Virus record (IMG/VR): IMGVR_UViG_3300032260_000016
Span: 1 to 31,361 of that record
Direction: 5' to 3' (one strand)
DNA length: 31,361 nt
DNA from: a virus
Taxonomy: Duplodnaviria; Caudoviricetes
The position numbers and the translations under genes were made by a program. This document shows positions 15,508 through 25,530 of this stretch, piece after piece; positions within the stretch are counted from its first letter, which is position 1, and each line of letters starts with the position of its first letter. Under the pieces are notes generated by a model. The model had not been told where the DNA came from. It searched no databases and saw only the letters and a list, made by a program, of their open reading frames with translations.

Positions 15508-16212
15508 ATGATTAAATTATTAGATCATGGATTCATAAGACTAGTAGATCATATGGGCAGTGACTTATCTATTGTAAGAAATGCTAGAGTATCTTATGAT
15601 GCTGATTGGAGAGCTGGAGAAGATGAAGGGTCAGATGCTAGGCTTATAAAGTATCTATATAGTAATGGGCATAACACTCCATTTGAAGCTGTTGTATTTA
15701 CCTTCGATGTTAAAGCTCCTATATTTGTATTTAGACAGTGGCATAGACATAGGACTCAAAGCTATAACGAGCTAAGCGCTAGATATAGAGAGCTGCCTGA
15801 AGAGTTTTATGTCCCAGCAGTAGAACTTATAGGTGTACAGAGTAAAGATAATAAACAGATGCGTACATTAAGTAGTGAACCACTGACTGATATAGAGAAG
15901 CATCAAATAGGAATGTTACGTGGAACTATGAATACACAAAATAGAGAAGCTTTTCGTACATATAACAGACTGCTAGAGAGAGGAGTTCCTAGAGAACTCG
16001 CTCGCTCAGTCTTACCAGTAGCTACTTACTCTCACATGTTCGCTACTATGAATCTAAATAACCTATTCAAGTTCTTAGGAGAGAGATTACATATTCATGC
16101 ACAGTATGAGATACGAGTATATGCGCAAGCTATACTAGAGCTTATTGAACCTATAGTTCCAGTAGCAGTAGCTGCATTCAAAGCTGGTTTAGGTGATGGT
16201 TATGACAACTAA
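15508..16212 (+). CDS. thyX: Flavin-dependent thymidylate synthase
   Basis: ThyX signature RHRTQSYNELSARY; ARVSY, GH.TPFE, RELARSVLP, HAQYEIR; AGGAG RBS. Confidence 0.97.
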   Translation: MIKLLDHGFIRLVDHMGSDLSIVRNARVSYDADWRAGEDEGSDARLIKYLYSNGHNTPFEAVVFTFDVKAPIFVFRQWHRHRTQSYNELSARYRELPEEFYVPAVELIGVQSKDNKQMRTLSSEPLTDIEKHQIGMLRGTMNTQNREAFRTYNRLLERGVPRELARSVLPVATYSHMFATMNLNNLFKFLGERLHIHAQYEIRVYAQAILELIEPIVPVAVAAFKAGLGDGYDN

Positions 16213-16615
16213 GACTAAACCTTTAGGTTCTTTCAATACAACAGTAAAGGCAGAGTGGCTAGATAATAATGATCGTCGCATGTGTCTAATGGAAGACCTA
16301 AGATATACAGATCCTTCAGGTAAGGTCTGGGATGCGCCTGCTGGGTCTATCATTGATGGTGCTAGTATCCCTAAGTTTCTATGGCGTATACTAGGTTCTC
16401 CTTTTGTAGGCAGGTATAGGAGAAGCTCAGTAATACATGATGTGCAGTGTGAGGAGAAAGAGTATTCGAGTAAGGAAGTTCATAGGATGTTCTATGATGG
16501 TATGCTTACAGATAGTGTACCTAGATGGAAAGCTAGATTAATGTATTGGGGGGTCAAACTTGGTGGCCCTAAGTTTCCTGGGGTAATGAAAGAATCAAAA
16601 GAGGAAGGAGAATAG
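16202..16615 (+). CDS. DUF1353 family protein
   Basis: P.G...DGASIP..LW, IHD, A.LMYWGV..GG; start uncertain (16193, 16196 or 16202). Confidence 0.85.
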   Translation: MTTKTKPLGSFNTTVKAEWLDNNDRRMCLMEDLRYTDPSGKVWDAPAGSIIDGASIPKFLWRILGSPFVGRYRRSSVIHDVQCEEKEYSSKEVHRMFYDGMLTDSVPRWKARLMYWGVKLGGPKFPGVMKESKEEGE

Positions 16616-16617
16616 AA

Positions 16618-17040
16618 ATGGCTAGAAGAGAGATGATACCAGCACATAGGCAGCAAGAGTTAGCTGAGATGGTAAATAAAGATGGAGGAGGTGCTCTGCT
16701 GTCAACAACTTCTCCAGAGGAGACTAGGTTAGTAAATGACTTACTAAGACTAAGAAAGATCTCAATAGAGCCTGAAGGAAAACCTTCCGATGGCTCTTCA
16801 GCAGACTACTATAAGCTTCCATTTAATAGCTCACAGCTTCAGGATCTTATATCTTTCAGAGATATGAATGCGCAGATAGGAGAGATCTTTAGAGCTACTT
16901 TCCGCTATGGTCAGTGCCCACATTCTCCTAGAGAAAGAGAACTTAAAAAGATAATCTTCTATGCTCAAGCAGAGCTTTCTAGATTAGAGAAGTATGAGCA
17001 TGTAGCTAACCTAGGAGAGGAGAATAGAAATGACATATAA
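16618..17040 (+). CDS. Protein with a DUF3310-like C-terminal domain
   Basis: SDGSSADYY, IGEIFRA..RYG, ELKKIIFYA pattern. Confidence 0.6.
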   Translation: MARREMIPAHRQQELAEMVNKDGGGALLSTTSPEETRLVNDLLRLRKISIEPEGKPSDGSSADYYKLPFNSSQLQDLISFRDMNAQIGEIFRATFRYGQCPHSPRERELKKIIFYAQAELSRLEKYEHVANLGEENRNDI

Positions 17041-17293
17041 GAATAAAGGAAAAGAGATAGTAAGTGCAGAAGGTATCTTTCTAAGAACCTCTAAGACTGG
17101 AGCCTCTCATGTATTTGAATTTCTAGGTGCAGGAGTAGTGAATCTCCCTGTCTCTCAGTTTATTAAGGAAACAGAGATATCAGATATGGATAGTGGAGAG
17201 TGTACTGTATTTATCCCTCGCTGGTTAGCGGAGAGTAGAGGAATGAAATATAGTGATTATGCTATGGATGATGAAGAAGATGAAGGAGGTTAA
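17030..17293 (+). CDS. Small conserved-type phage protein with acidic tail
   Basis: LPVSQ...IPRWLAESRG pattern, common in small phage beta proteins; GAGGAG RBS. Confidence 0.75.
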   Translation: MTYKNKGKEIVSAEGIFLRTSKTGASHVFEFLGAGVVNLPVSQFIKETEISDMDSGECTVFIPRWLAESRGMKYSDYAMDDEEDEGG

Positions 17294-17299
17294 AACCTT

Positions 17300-20200
17300 T
17301 TATTCAGTAAAATCTCTTAACTCTCCGCCACCCATAATATCCTGCATACTCTGACTAAACTTACCATTCAAATCTTGGGATAACTTATTAGCCTGACTCA
17401 GGTTGGCTACCTTATACTGCTGTAAGAACCATCTATTAAACTGCTCCTGCTTACCTCCAGCCGCTGCATAAGCCTCTGCAAACTCCTCTATCTGCTCCTT
17501 TCCCGGCATCTTTCCTGCTATCATAGTTGTCTTAATAGCCTCTCCTAGCTTAGCTCTTCTCCTAGAATCCACCAGAGTATAAGCCTTATTCCTAAACATA
17601 GCATCAAGAGCTATAGCTTCATCAAGAGGTTTCCCTCCTACTATGCGCCCCAGATTAGCTAGAGAGAGCAGATCATTAGAAGCTATTACATTACCTCGGT
17701 TGCTAGTGCTATAAGATTGCCCTAAGGGATTCTCTAAACCTTCCAGAGTCTGCGCCAATCCAGCCAGAGGTCTTGACACTCCATTATGCTCTAAGCCCTG
17801 AAGTAGGGTAGTTACTACATCTCCTCCTGCCGTCAGCTTTCCTGCAGTTTCAAATAGATTAGCAAAGAACTTACCAGTTGCCTGTACTGCTGGAACCTGA
17901 GAAGGGTCAGTAGGTATAATGGTAAGGTGCCTAGGATTAATATCACCTCTTGTATATAGATTCACTTTAAGATCAGGGTGAAGAAACATATTAGATGCCA
18001 TACCATACATAAGCCAGTTGCCCGCCTGCTTACCTACTGCACCATAGGTAGCTGAGTATAGATCCTTATGCTCAGTATTACCTGAAGCTGTACCCACGAT
18101 ATGAGTATTAATAGCATTGAAAGCGGGTAAGCCGTTAGCTCCATGTATTGTACCTTGGAGAGCTAAGAGAGTCATAGCATCCTTAGAGCCTCCTTCACCT
18201 ATATGGCGTAAGAGTTGCTGCATGAGATTGAACTGATAGGTTTGGAAGAGACCTACAGCCTGACCTATCGGCCCCTGAAACATCATAGGTCTTTGGGCTG
18301 CTAGGTAGTTACCCTGAGTTCGATTAACAAAGGTATTGATATAAGCAAGCTGTTCTTGAGGAGTTATAAGACCTCTCTTTACTCCTATGTCTGTCATCTG
18401 CTTCATCACATCAGCAGCTACAAAGCGATTGAATTCTTCAGCTAATCTATTCCCTGTCCACTTCTCTCCTGTATTAGCAGCCTCTCTAAGAGTCTTTTGT
18501 ACTCCATCTACTCGTGAGTTCCAAGCAGATATACTCTCTGCTGGATTAAATGTCAGGTCATCAAGAGCTTTCTTATACTGATCGGAGATAGATGTCATGA
18601 AGCCATGTTTTCTATAGAACTGCATCTCAGGAATATCTTTCCCTTTCAAGTACTGAGGTAGGTTAAATTTCCTCATGCTATTAAATATCATCTTACCAGC
18701 AGCTAGGATAGATCGATCAGTTCCAGGTACTGCTATATGAGATAACTCTGTCCACTCACCCCAGACCTCATCTCCTCCTTTTCTGATAGATCTTATAATA
18801 GAAGCAGTCTCTGCACCTAAGAGCACATTGGCGCTTATGGCATTAACTACTGCGTTCATCTGATCCCAGCGCAAGACTACAGTAGCTATAACACTATTAG
18901 TTTTCTGCACTATATTAGTTAGCTCACCTCTGCGTGCCTGATGGTTAGCAAAGAGATCCATACTCTCATCATACGCTGCACCTTTATATCCTCCCTCTTT
19001 TAGCATTCTATTAGCTTCAAGAAGTTCTTGAGGGTTCTTAGCTCCCTCTACTGTATCAGATACTTTAGTAAGCAGTTTAGTAAAAGCTCGGTCTACTAGC
19101 TTGTTAGTCTCAACAAGGAAGGGGTAATCTGAGTACTTACGAAGTCCAAGAGAAGTCTTAATAAAATCTACATAAGGATTAGCTATCACATCATCAGCAT
19201 ACTTAAGGGTAGAGATGCCAGAGAACTGGGAAGTCTCTACTCGTGTAAAGTTATCCCCTAAGCGGCGCAATTCAGCAAAAGGAACTTCATACTTAACAGC
19301 TACAGCTTCTCTCACTAATCCAGCAGCTCTCTGCAAATGCCAATTAAGGACGTCATCTACAATTTTCTTAGGGTCAGTAGGTACAAGATAAGAAGAACTT
19401 ACACCTTTCCTATACATTGCTGCATCAAGATAGTTATCTGATAAAGTTTTTTCATATTCGAACTGACCTCTATCCTTATAGTACTTCTCTGCATCGCCTT
19501 TAAATCTGACAGTAAGATTAGGATTATTATCTAGTTTTCGCGCCATAACCTTAAGCTCATCAGCAGTAGAAGCATATAAGGTCTTAGTGTGCCCGGTTCC
19601 TGTGATAGATTTATCTTCTACAAGAGCAAAATGTTTATAATCTTTAGGATTTACAGGGATAGGATAATATGCTTCAGGGTCTCTAGTATAAGGGGTGCCT
19701 TGAGATGTACGTAAGATGCGATACTTTTCTATAGTCTTACCATTAAGCTCCATGTTCATAGCTATCTGCTGAGCTGCTTCTGCATTCTTAATAGGAATCT
19801 CTAATGGAGCATCTAATACTGTAAGTACAGGTCTCTTAGGTATAGCTTTACCTGTAGCTGTAGCTTTAGCTGCCGCAGCCTCCCAGCGTTTAATAGCTAG
19901 AGGAACCATAGCAGTTCTAGCCTCATTAAGGGTATAACTAACATCAGGGATGGAGCGTAATACATTATCCAGTGTAGCATACTCAATGGCAGCTCCTGTA
20001 TTCTGCCCGAGTTTATATAAGGAGGCTTCCATAGTCTCCATAACAGACTCCTTTGCCTTATCTATGACTCTTAGAGTAGTCTTCCCTATGTACTCAGTCT
20101 TTGCAGCAAGAGTTTTATAGTTACTAGAAGCAGCCCCAAATAGGGTAGCTCCAGACCCCATCCTATTAGCTTCCTCTTGAATTTCTCTAGCGCTTATCTC

Positions 20201-22303
20201 AGGGAAGTTCTTAGCTTCCTCTCCTATAGCTTCTCCAAAAGCATTATTAGTTCCTTGCATGTATAACTTCTGCTGCTGCTTGATTCTTACCATATTCTCA
20301 GACACATGGCCTTTACTAAGACCTGTAAGATCCTTAGCCTCATATGCTAGCTTAACTGTTTGAGGTACTTCAGTGAGATCCACTACACCAGCAGTTTCTT
20401 TTCTAATGCCTTTATCCACTAAGCCTTTTGTATAATCTCTAGCATAAAAGTCAAGAGCAAGAGCATCATCTGAGATACTTTGAGATCTTGTACCTGAGAG
20501 ATATCCGGGCCTCACATTAACTACAGCTTCAATCTCATCCTGAGAGAGTTGTACATTTAGTTTCTCTTGCCCTTGTTTCTTAGAAGCCTTACCCATCTTA
20601 GAGGTTTTACCTAGGCGCTTAGCCTGAGTCTTTACATCTGCTAAGTGTACTCCTACAGTCTGCTTAACTTCGAGAAGGTGGTTAAATAGAGACTCTGGAT
20701 CACTATAAGATATAAGATCTCCAGTCTCAGTCCGAACTTTTATAGAAGGTGAGAACTCTCTATATAACTTCTCCATCATAGGAATATCAAACTCATCTAC
20801 TATTACAGGCTTCTTAACTGTAGACTCAGGAAAAGCCTTAAGTTTAGAGGCCCATAGATATCTTGCATTAGCTTCTAAAGGATCAGCTCTAAGAATATTC
20901 CAAGGCTCTTTAGGAGAGAATTTCCAGGTCTGTTTTCCAGCAGATACATAAGTAGGCTCAATTATGATCTTCTGTCCTTTCTTAAGAGTATCCACTACAC
21001 TAGTGATTCTAGGAGCTGCATCAAATACTTCGCCAGCTCCAGCTCCCCAGATACGAGTGTGAGCTACATTAAGAGACAGGTTTCTTTCTGCTGCTTGCAA
21101 TGCCTCATCTCCTCCTCCAGCAGCAAGCTTACCTAGCTTAGCTATCTCTTTCTCTATATCAGTTACTTCAGCAAGCCTAGCTGCTCCTTTAAGACCCATA
21201 AAGGCACTAAGTCTTTTATCCGGTGAAGCGCCTCTTGAAGCTCTATATACTGCCTCAGCTACAACCTCATCTCCTTTAGCTATCTTCCCTAGATTCATAC
21301 GGATGTCACCTTCTATCTTAGTGATCTTTTCCTTAGCATAACCTGCAAGAGTCTCAGCAGTTATGATTGTATCTTCTGCTCCTGCCTTGATTCCGGCGGC
21401 TGGTATCTTAGGCATAACCTTAAGCTGATCCAAATCTATAGCTATGGCTTCATAAGGATTAGATTTACCAGCTGGAGACCCTAGATACTTCCAAGGGGAA
21501 GCTACTCTATCAGCAGCAGTAACTGCCTTCCTTGCTGTATAGAAGCTTTTAATTGCACTGACTCCTCCGCCTATACCTCCGAATAGTCCTGCGCCCCATA
21601 AGATATTAGATGTCATATCTCCTAGATCTTTACCCTCAAGGATAGGAGAGCTAGACATGGTAGCAGATATAGCTATTTCGAAAGCAGCCATCTCATAAGT
21701 AGCTTGACCTAAACCAGATCCAGCAGCAGCTAATACATTCCTATTTATAAGAGATGGTACAGAGTCTCCATTGACTGCTTCGGAAAGAGCCTTAGCTAGA
21801 TGTCTCTGCTTATTAGGAACGAGGAGACCTAGAGCTTTAGATGTATTAGCTCCAAACTTATTAGCAGCAAGTGCCCCCTTAAGAGCTGACTGCCCTGCAT
21901 GAAGCGCCTTAATGCCTGCCATACCTGGAATCCAAGAAGAGGCAAGGAAGCCTGTTAGATCTATTCCTTCCTTATGCTCTTGGTAATAGTCTCCAAGATT
22001 TGAATCTAACCCTGCTATAAACTCTTCTGGCCCGGATACATCATAGTCACCGCCAAACATATTACCTATACTAGCAGGTATATTATATAACTGATTAGCC
22101 CCAGATATAATAGAGAGACCTACGAACTTAGGTACACTATCTACTGTATCAGCAACAGACTCAGCAAAGGTCATATTACCATTTGCTAGATTATGGCTAT
22201 CAGTAGCTACCATATAAGAAGGCATCATGACTGGACGGTTATCTTCCTCTTCTCCCTGTCGTAGCAAGGACTCTTCATAAGCTGTTCTGAAAGCTGTTGA
22301 CAT
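17300..22303 (-). CDS. Large internal virion / DNA ejection protein (T7 gp16-like position)
   Basis: 1667 aa, Ala/Gly/Lys-rich, essentially Cys-free, helical; last gene of the virion operon. Confidence 0.7.
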   Translation of the reverse strand: MSTAFRTAYEESLLRQGEEEDNRPVMMPSYMVATDSHNLANGNMTFAESVADTVDSVPKFVGLSIISGANQLYNIPASIGNMFGGDYDVSGPEEFIAGLDSNLGDYYQEHKEGIDLTGFLASSWIPGMAGIKALHAGQSALKGALAANKFGANTSKALGLLVPNKQRHLAKALSEAVNGDSVPSLINRNVLAAAGSGLGQATYEMAAFEIAISATMSSSPILEGKDLGDMTSNILWGAGLFGGIGGGVSAIKSFYTARKAVTAADRVASPWKYLGSPAGKSNPYEAIAIDLDQLKVMPKIPAAGIKAGAEDTIITAETLAGYAKEKITKIEGDIRMNLGKIAKGDEVVAEAVYRASRGASPDKRLSAFMGLKGAARLAEVTDIEKEIAKLGKLAAGGGDEALQAAERNLSLNVAHTRIWGAGAGEVFDAAPRITSVVDTLKKGQKIIIEPTYVSAGKQTWKFSPKEPWNILRADPLEANARYLWASKLKAFPESTVKKPVIVDEFDIPMMEKLYREFSPSIKVRTETGDLISYSDPESLFNHLLEVKQTVGVHLADVKTQAKRLGKTSKMGKASKKQGQEKLNVQLSQDEIEAVVNVRPGYLSGTRSQSISDDALALDFYARDYTKGLVDKGIRKETAGVVDLTEVPQTVKLAYEAKDLTGLSKGHVSENMVRIKQQQKLYMQGTNNAFGEAIGEEAKNFPEISAREIQEEANRMGSGATLFGAASSNYKTLAAKTEYIGKTTLRVIDKAKESVMETMEASLYKLGQNTGAAIEYATLDNVLRSIPDVSYTLNEARTAMVPLAIKRWEAAAAKATATGKAIPKRPVLTVLDAPLEIPIKNAEAAQQIAMNMELNGKTIEKYRILRTSQGTPYTRDPEAYYPIPVNPKDYKHFALVEDKSITGTGHTKTLYASTADELKVMARKLDNNPNLTVRFKGDAEKYYKDRGQFEYEKTLSDNYLDAAMYRKGVSSSYLVPTDPKKIVDDVLNWHLQRAAGLVREAVAVKYEVPFAELRRLGDNFTRVETSQFSGISTLKYADDVIANPYVDFIKTSLGLRKYSDYPFLVETNKLVDRAFTKLLTKVSDTVEGAKNPQELLEANRMLKEGGYKGAAYDESMDLFANHQARRGELTNIVQKTNSVIATVVLRWDQMNAVVNAISANVLLGAETASIIRSIRKGGDEVWGEWTELSHIAVPGTDRSILAAGKMIFNSMRKFNLPQYLKGKDIPEMQFYRKHGFMTSISDQYKKALDDLTFNPAESISAWNSRVDGVQKTLREAANTGEKWTGNRLAEEFNRFVAADVMKQMTDIGVKRGLITPQEQLAYINTFVNRTQGNYLAAQRPMMFQGPIGQAVGLFQTYQFNLMQQLLRHIGEGGSKDAMTLLALQGTIHGANGLPAFNAINTHIVGTASGNTEHKDLYSATYGAVGKQAGNWLMYGMASNMFLHPDLKVNLYTRGDINPRHLTIIPTDPSQVPAVQATGKFFANLFETAGKLTAGGDVVTTLLQGLEHNGVSRPLAGLAQTLEGLENPLGQSYSTSNRGNVIASNDLLSLANLGRIVGGKPLDEAIALDAMFRNKAYTLVDSRRRAKLGEAIKTTMIAGKMPGKEQIEEFAEAYAAAGGKQEQFNRWFLQQYKVANLSQANKLSQDLNGKFSQSMQDIMGGGELRDFTE

Positions 22304-24159
22304 TAGAATAGATCCCTCCCAAATAGAGAAGCTTTAACCGCTATAAGCTTAGTTAGTGCATTCATAATCTCAACTCTCTTTGTGCTATCTACCAAAGGGT
22401 AAGGCTCTGGTACTATACCAGTGATATAAGAGCCTAAGTAAGCAGCACTGCCGACTGCTGCTACCGAAGCTGCTACTGGGGCGGCCGCTACTGCTGCAGC
22501 ACTTACTCCTAGCGCAGCTCCTCCAGTAGCTCCTGTTGTGCGCTCTGAAAAGAGAGGAGGCTCTACAATCTCAGTGATATAAGAGTCTTGTGCTAGCAGA
22601 CCTGCACGAGTAAACATCTCAGTCTCATTATTGTGATCTACAGCTCCATCAAATATAGTTTCTAATCCTAGCGCTGCTTCTTCCATAGTAATAGCTTTAG
22701 ATGCTATGCCAGCCACAGCAGTCTCATAGAGTAACTTAGCGTTAAACTCTTTCATCTCTGCAAAAGCTGGAACCTTCTGGAATAGAGCTGAATCTCTTAC
22801 TGCTTTACGCTTAATAAGTACAGCCATTGGAGGAGCTTGAAAAGGATTACTAGCATCTCCTGCCTTAATCTCTCTTCTCCATGCAGAGATTATAGGCTTA
22901 GCATGAGCGTCAAGTTCTTGATTATAAGCAATCTGCGTTTTAGGTACCTCTCTCTGAGGGTCAGAGGTCACAGTTCTCTCATAATCCTGCCTAAGTTTTA
23001 CTATCAATTTCACTGGAGGTAATGAAGGATCTGCACCAGTAATACTAATAGTTTCATTAGCATCTCCTACAGATAAGCCAAAAGCATTATCTTCTCGCTG
23101 CCCTATTTGCTGGAGCTTCTCTATCTTAAGCCTCTCTTTTACAGTACCTGCATTCATCTTTCTATCTATAACAACTTCAGCCTCATCTATAGGATTACCT
23201 GTAACTGCCTGACCTATCTGTACATTAGTAGCATATATAGCCTCTACTCTCTTATCAGATTCTATATCTCTTAGTTCCTTATCTATCTTAGCCTGCCGGA
23301 GCTCTCTCCTCTTAGGATCTTTTATATTTTTAAGATCCTCTTGTGCTATCTCAAGAGCTACAGCTCTAGCTGCTGCCCCTGATTTATAATTCTTCATAGT
23401 CTCTTCATGGCGCTGCTGTGTAGCCTTAGCTTCAGCTTCCCTAGCTTTCTGGTTAGTGACAGTATTCTCTAACCTTACCAACTCAAGTTTAATAGCTACC
23501 TGCTGTGCATCAGCAGTCATGCCAGAGCGTAGTGCTGTAGCATTATCTCTTATAGCCTCAAGCTTTATCTCAGCTGCATCTATATTAGCCTGCTCAGCAA
23601 CACCTCTACGACCTGCATCTATAGTTGCTGTATTCACAGTCTTCTTAGTAGTAGTCACAGCTCTTGCTATAGATTCTTGTGCAGCATTGATACCAGCAAT
23701 AGTCTCACCTATATCATCTCTCTTATCTTCTATACCTTCTGCCTTATAATAAGCTTCATTTACTTTAGTGAGATTACTAAAATAACTAATTAGTCCAGTA
23801 GTCGGTACATCTCTTGCAGCTTCTAGTTCTTTATTAGCATCAATGAGCTCCTTACCCGCTGACACATAAGCTGTCATAAGTTCTTTCTGGAAGTCAATAC
23901 CGCCAGCAGCCTCATACGTAGCTATCTTAGAGTTCTGCGCCTCCAGCTCAGCTAGCCCAGATACCATATCTATAAGCTGTACATCTTTAGCCTTATTTTG
24001 TATAGACTCCTGTATGTATTCAGAAGTTGTAGCTATCTCTGCTGTACTTTTAGTTTGCGCAGCAATAGCCACATCAGCTTTAACCGAAGCTCTCTCTACT
24101 GCTGTTCTTGCAGCGGCTAATATGGGATTGACAGCTTTCTGTGAGTTAGGGGTCGGCAT
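22303..24159 (-). CDS. Internal virion / ejection protein (gp15-like position)
   Basis: 618 aa, Ala-rich coiled-coil; GGAG RBS; coupled to the 1667-aa gene. Confidence 0.65.
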   Translation of the reverse strand: MPTPNSQKAVNPILAAARTAVERASVKADVAIAAQTKSTAEIATTSEYIQESIQNKAKDVQLIDMVSGLAELEAQNSKIATYEAAGGIDFQKELMTAYVSAGKELIDANKELEAARDVPTTGLISYFSNLTKVNEAYYKAEGIEDKRDDIGETIAGINAAQESIARAVTTTKKTVNTATIDAGRRGVAEQANIDAAEIKLEAIRDNATALRSGMTADAQQVAIKLELVRLENTVTNQKAREAEAKATQQRHEETMKNYKSGAAARAVALEIAQEDLKNIKDPKRRELRQAKIDKELRDIESDKRVEAIYATNVQIGQAVTGNPIDEAEVVIDRKMNAGTVKERLKIEKLQQIGQREDNAFGLSVGDANETISITGADPSLPPVKLIVKLRQDYERTVTSDPQREVPKTQIAYNQELDAHAKPIISAWRREIKAGDASNPFQAPPMAVLIKRKAVRDSALFQKVPAFAEMKEFNAKLLYETAVAGIASKAITMEEAALGLETIFDGAVDHNNETEMFTRAGLLAQDSYITEIVEPPLFSERTTGATGGAALGVSAAAVAAAPVAASVAAVGSAAYLGSYITGIVPEPYPLVDSTKRVEIMNALTKLIAVKASLFGRDLF

Positions 24160-24183
24160 AGTATATACTCCTAAAGAGCTAAA

Positions 24184-24663
24184 TCAGAACCAGTTAAGAG
24201 GGTTTAACTTAGTATCAAGCAAACCTCCCTCTTCTTGAGCCTGAGTCTGAACTTCTTCCGAGGTAGTTGTACCAGCTTCTTCCTCTACTAGATCTCTAGT
24301 AGATACTTTCTTAGCTGTGAGTTTAGCTATCTCTCCAGCTAGGTTAGCTAGTAGATTACCAGAGGCCTGACTAGCTACAGAGGAACTATATATACCTGCT
24401 ATATTTTCCTCAGAGAAGATGCTAGCTAACCCTTGCTCAGAACCTAAGATGTCTTGGATGATTCTTTGTACACCAGCCTCATCTATCTCTAACTGCTCAG
24501 AGATAGTACCTCTCTGTGTACCAACTTTAGCTGTAGTACCAGAGCCAGTACCTCCAATAGTGGTACTACTACTACCTCCGAAGATATTTCCCAGACCCTC
24601 AGTGATATCTAAGAATCCTGAGCCTCCTGCTGATAACTCTTGTCCTGCGCCTGGTGGTGGCAT
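24184..24663 (-). CDS. Small internal virion / ejection protein (gp14-like position)
   Basis: 159 aa, Gly/Ser/Thr-rich; GAGGAG RBS. Confidence 0.6.
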   Translation of the reverse strand: MPPPGAGQELSAGGSGFLDITEGLGNIFGGSSSTTIGGTGSGTTAKVGTQRGTISEQLEIDEAGVQRIIQDILGSEQGLASIFSEENIAGIYSSSVASQASGNLLANLAGEIAKLTAKKVSTRDLVEEEAGTTTSEEVQTQAQEEGGLLDTKLNPLNWF

Positions 24664-24730
24664 AATATATCTCCTCTTAAATTATCTCTATTCTATAATA
24701 AGATTACTATAGCATATTCTATACTGTAGA

Positions 24731-25498
24731 CTAGGTAGGAATTACATGCTCAATACCATCAAAAGAGCCAGAGGCAAAGGTGTTATTAGCTTCTGCTGTG
24801 ACTGTAAGTTTGATATCAGAACTCCCGGGTACGTATAAGGGAAGTATATAATCTTTATTAAATACATCGCCGGTCTTAAAATGGTGGCGATCTCTCCACC
24901 CAGATTCAGATCCTAATATATTCTCTCTAACTCTGAGTGAGCCCTCTAATGGCTTAGCTGCACCATCAGTAGTAACAGAGGTATGCGTTATGTATAGCTC
25001 CTTATTACTAGGTACAGTATATATAGCCTGATGCGTCTGCCCCTGAGTTGCTGCTATAGTCGCATATGTGAGAGTCTCATCATCAGGATGTCCTGCTGTA
25101 GCTGTTCCTGTATAGATATGGATACTCCCAGCATTCTCTTCACCGCTACCATAGGTAGCTACATAAGCTCTATTAATTCTATGGTATTGGTTAGCTGTAG
25201 TTACTATAGTCTGTCCATTTAAGGAGATAGTCTCACTCTGCTCAAGGAGATCGGCATCTAAGCCTTCTATGTATAAGGTTCTTGCTCCTGTACCAGCTGA
25301 AGTATCATTAACATCTCCTGAAGATACATTCATAGTAAGAGCGGAGGCAGGCCAACCTACTGTACCTCCATGCTCCCATATATCTTCAGTTCCTATATCT
25401 ACATCTATATTAGAGCCAAACTTATGTAAGGTTGAGAGACCTGGAACAGATCCTCTAGCTACTTCAAAGAAGAAGTTACTAAATGCGAAAGCTGTCAT
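24731..25498 (-). CDS. Putative virion structural beta-rich protein
   Basis: 255 aa, Thr/Gly-rich; DTSAGTGART..IEGLD pattern; inside the structural operon. Confidence 0.6.
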   Translation of the reverse strand: MTAFAFSNFFFEVARGSVPGLSTLHKFGSNIDVDIGTEDIWEHGGTVGWPASALTMNVSSGDVNDTSAGTGARTLYIEGLDADLLEQSETISLNGQTIVTTANQYHRINRAYVATYGSGEENAGSIHIYTGTATAGHPDDETLTYATIAATQGQTHQAIYTVPSNKELYITHTSVTTDGAAKPLEGSLRVRENILGSESGWRDRHHFKTGDVFNKDYILPLYVPGSSDIKLTVTAEANNTFASGSFDGIEHVIPT

Positions 25499-25530
25499 AA
25501 TATAGAATTCCTATATGTATAAGGGTGATG

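Noticed and set aside
17283-17302. Bidirectional terminator at the convergence of the two arms
   Set aside because: Only a weak AGGT-TAAA-ACCT hairpin with a 6-nt intergenic gap; too weak to call
17300-22303. Virion RNA polymerase
   Set aside because: No DxDGD-type motif or T7/N4-type polymerase motifs were recognised; composition and position fit an ejection protein
24664-24730. Phage late promoter (TATAGAAT twice on the - strand)
   Set aside because: Short AT-rich word in a TA-biased genome, not found consistently in the same orientation upstream of other late genes
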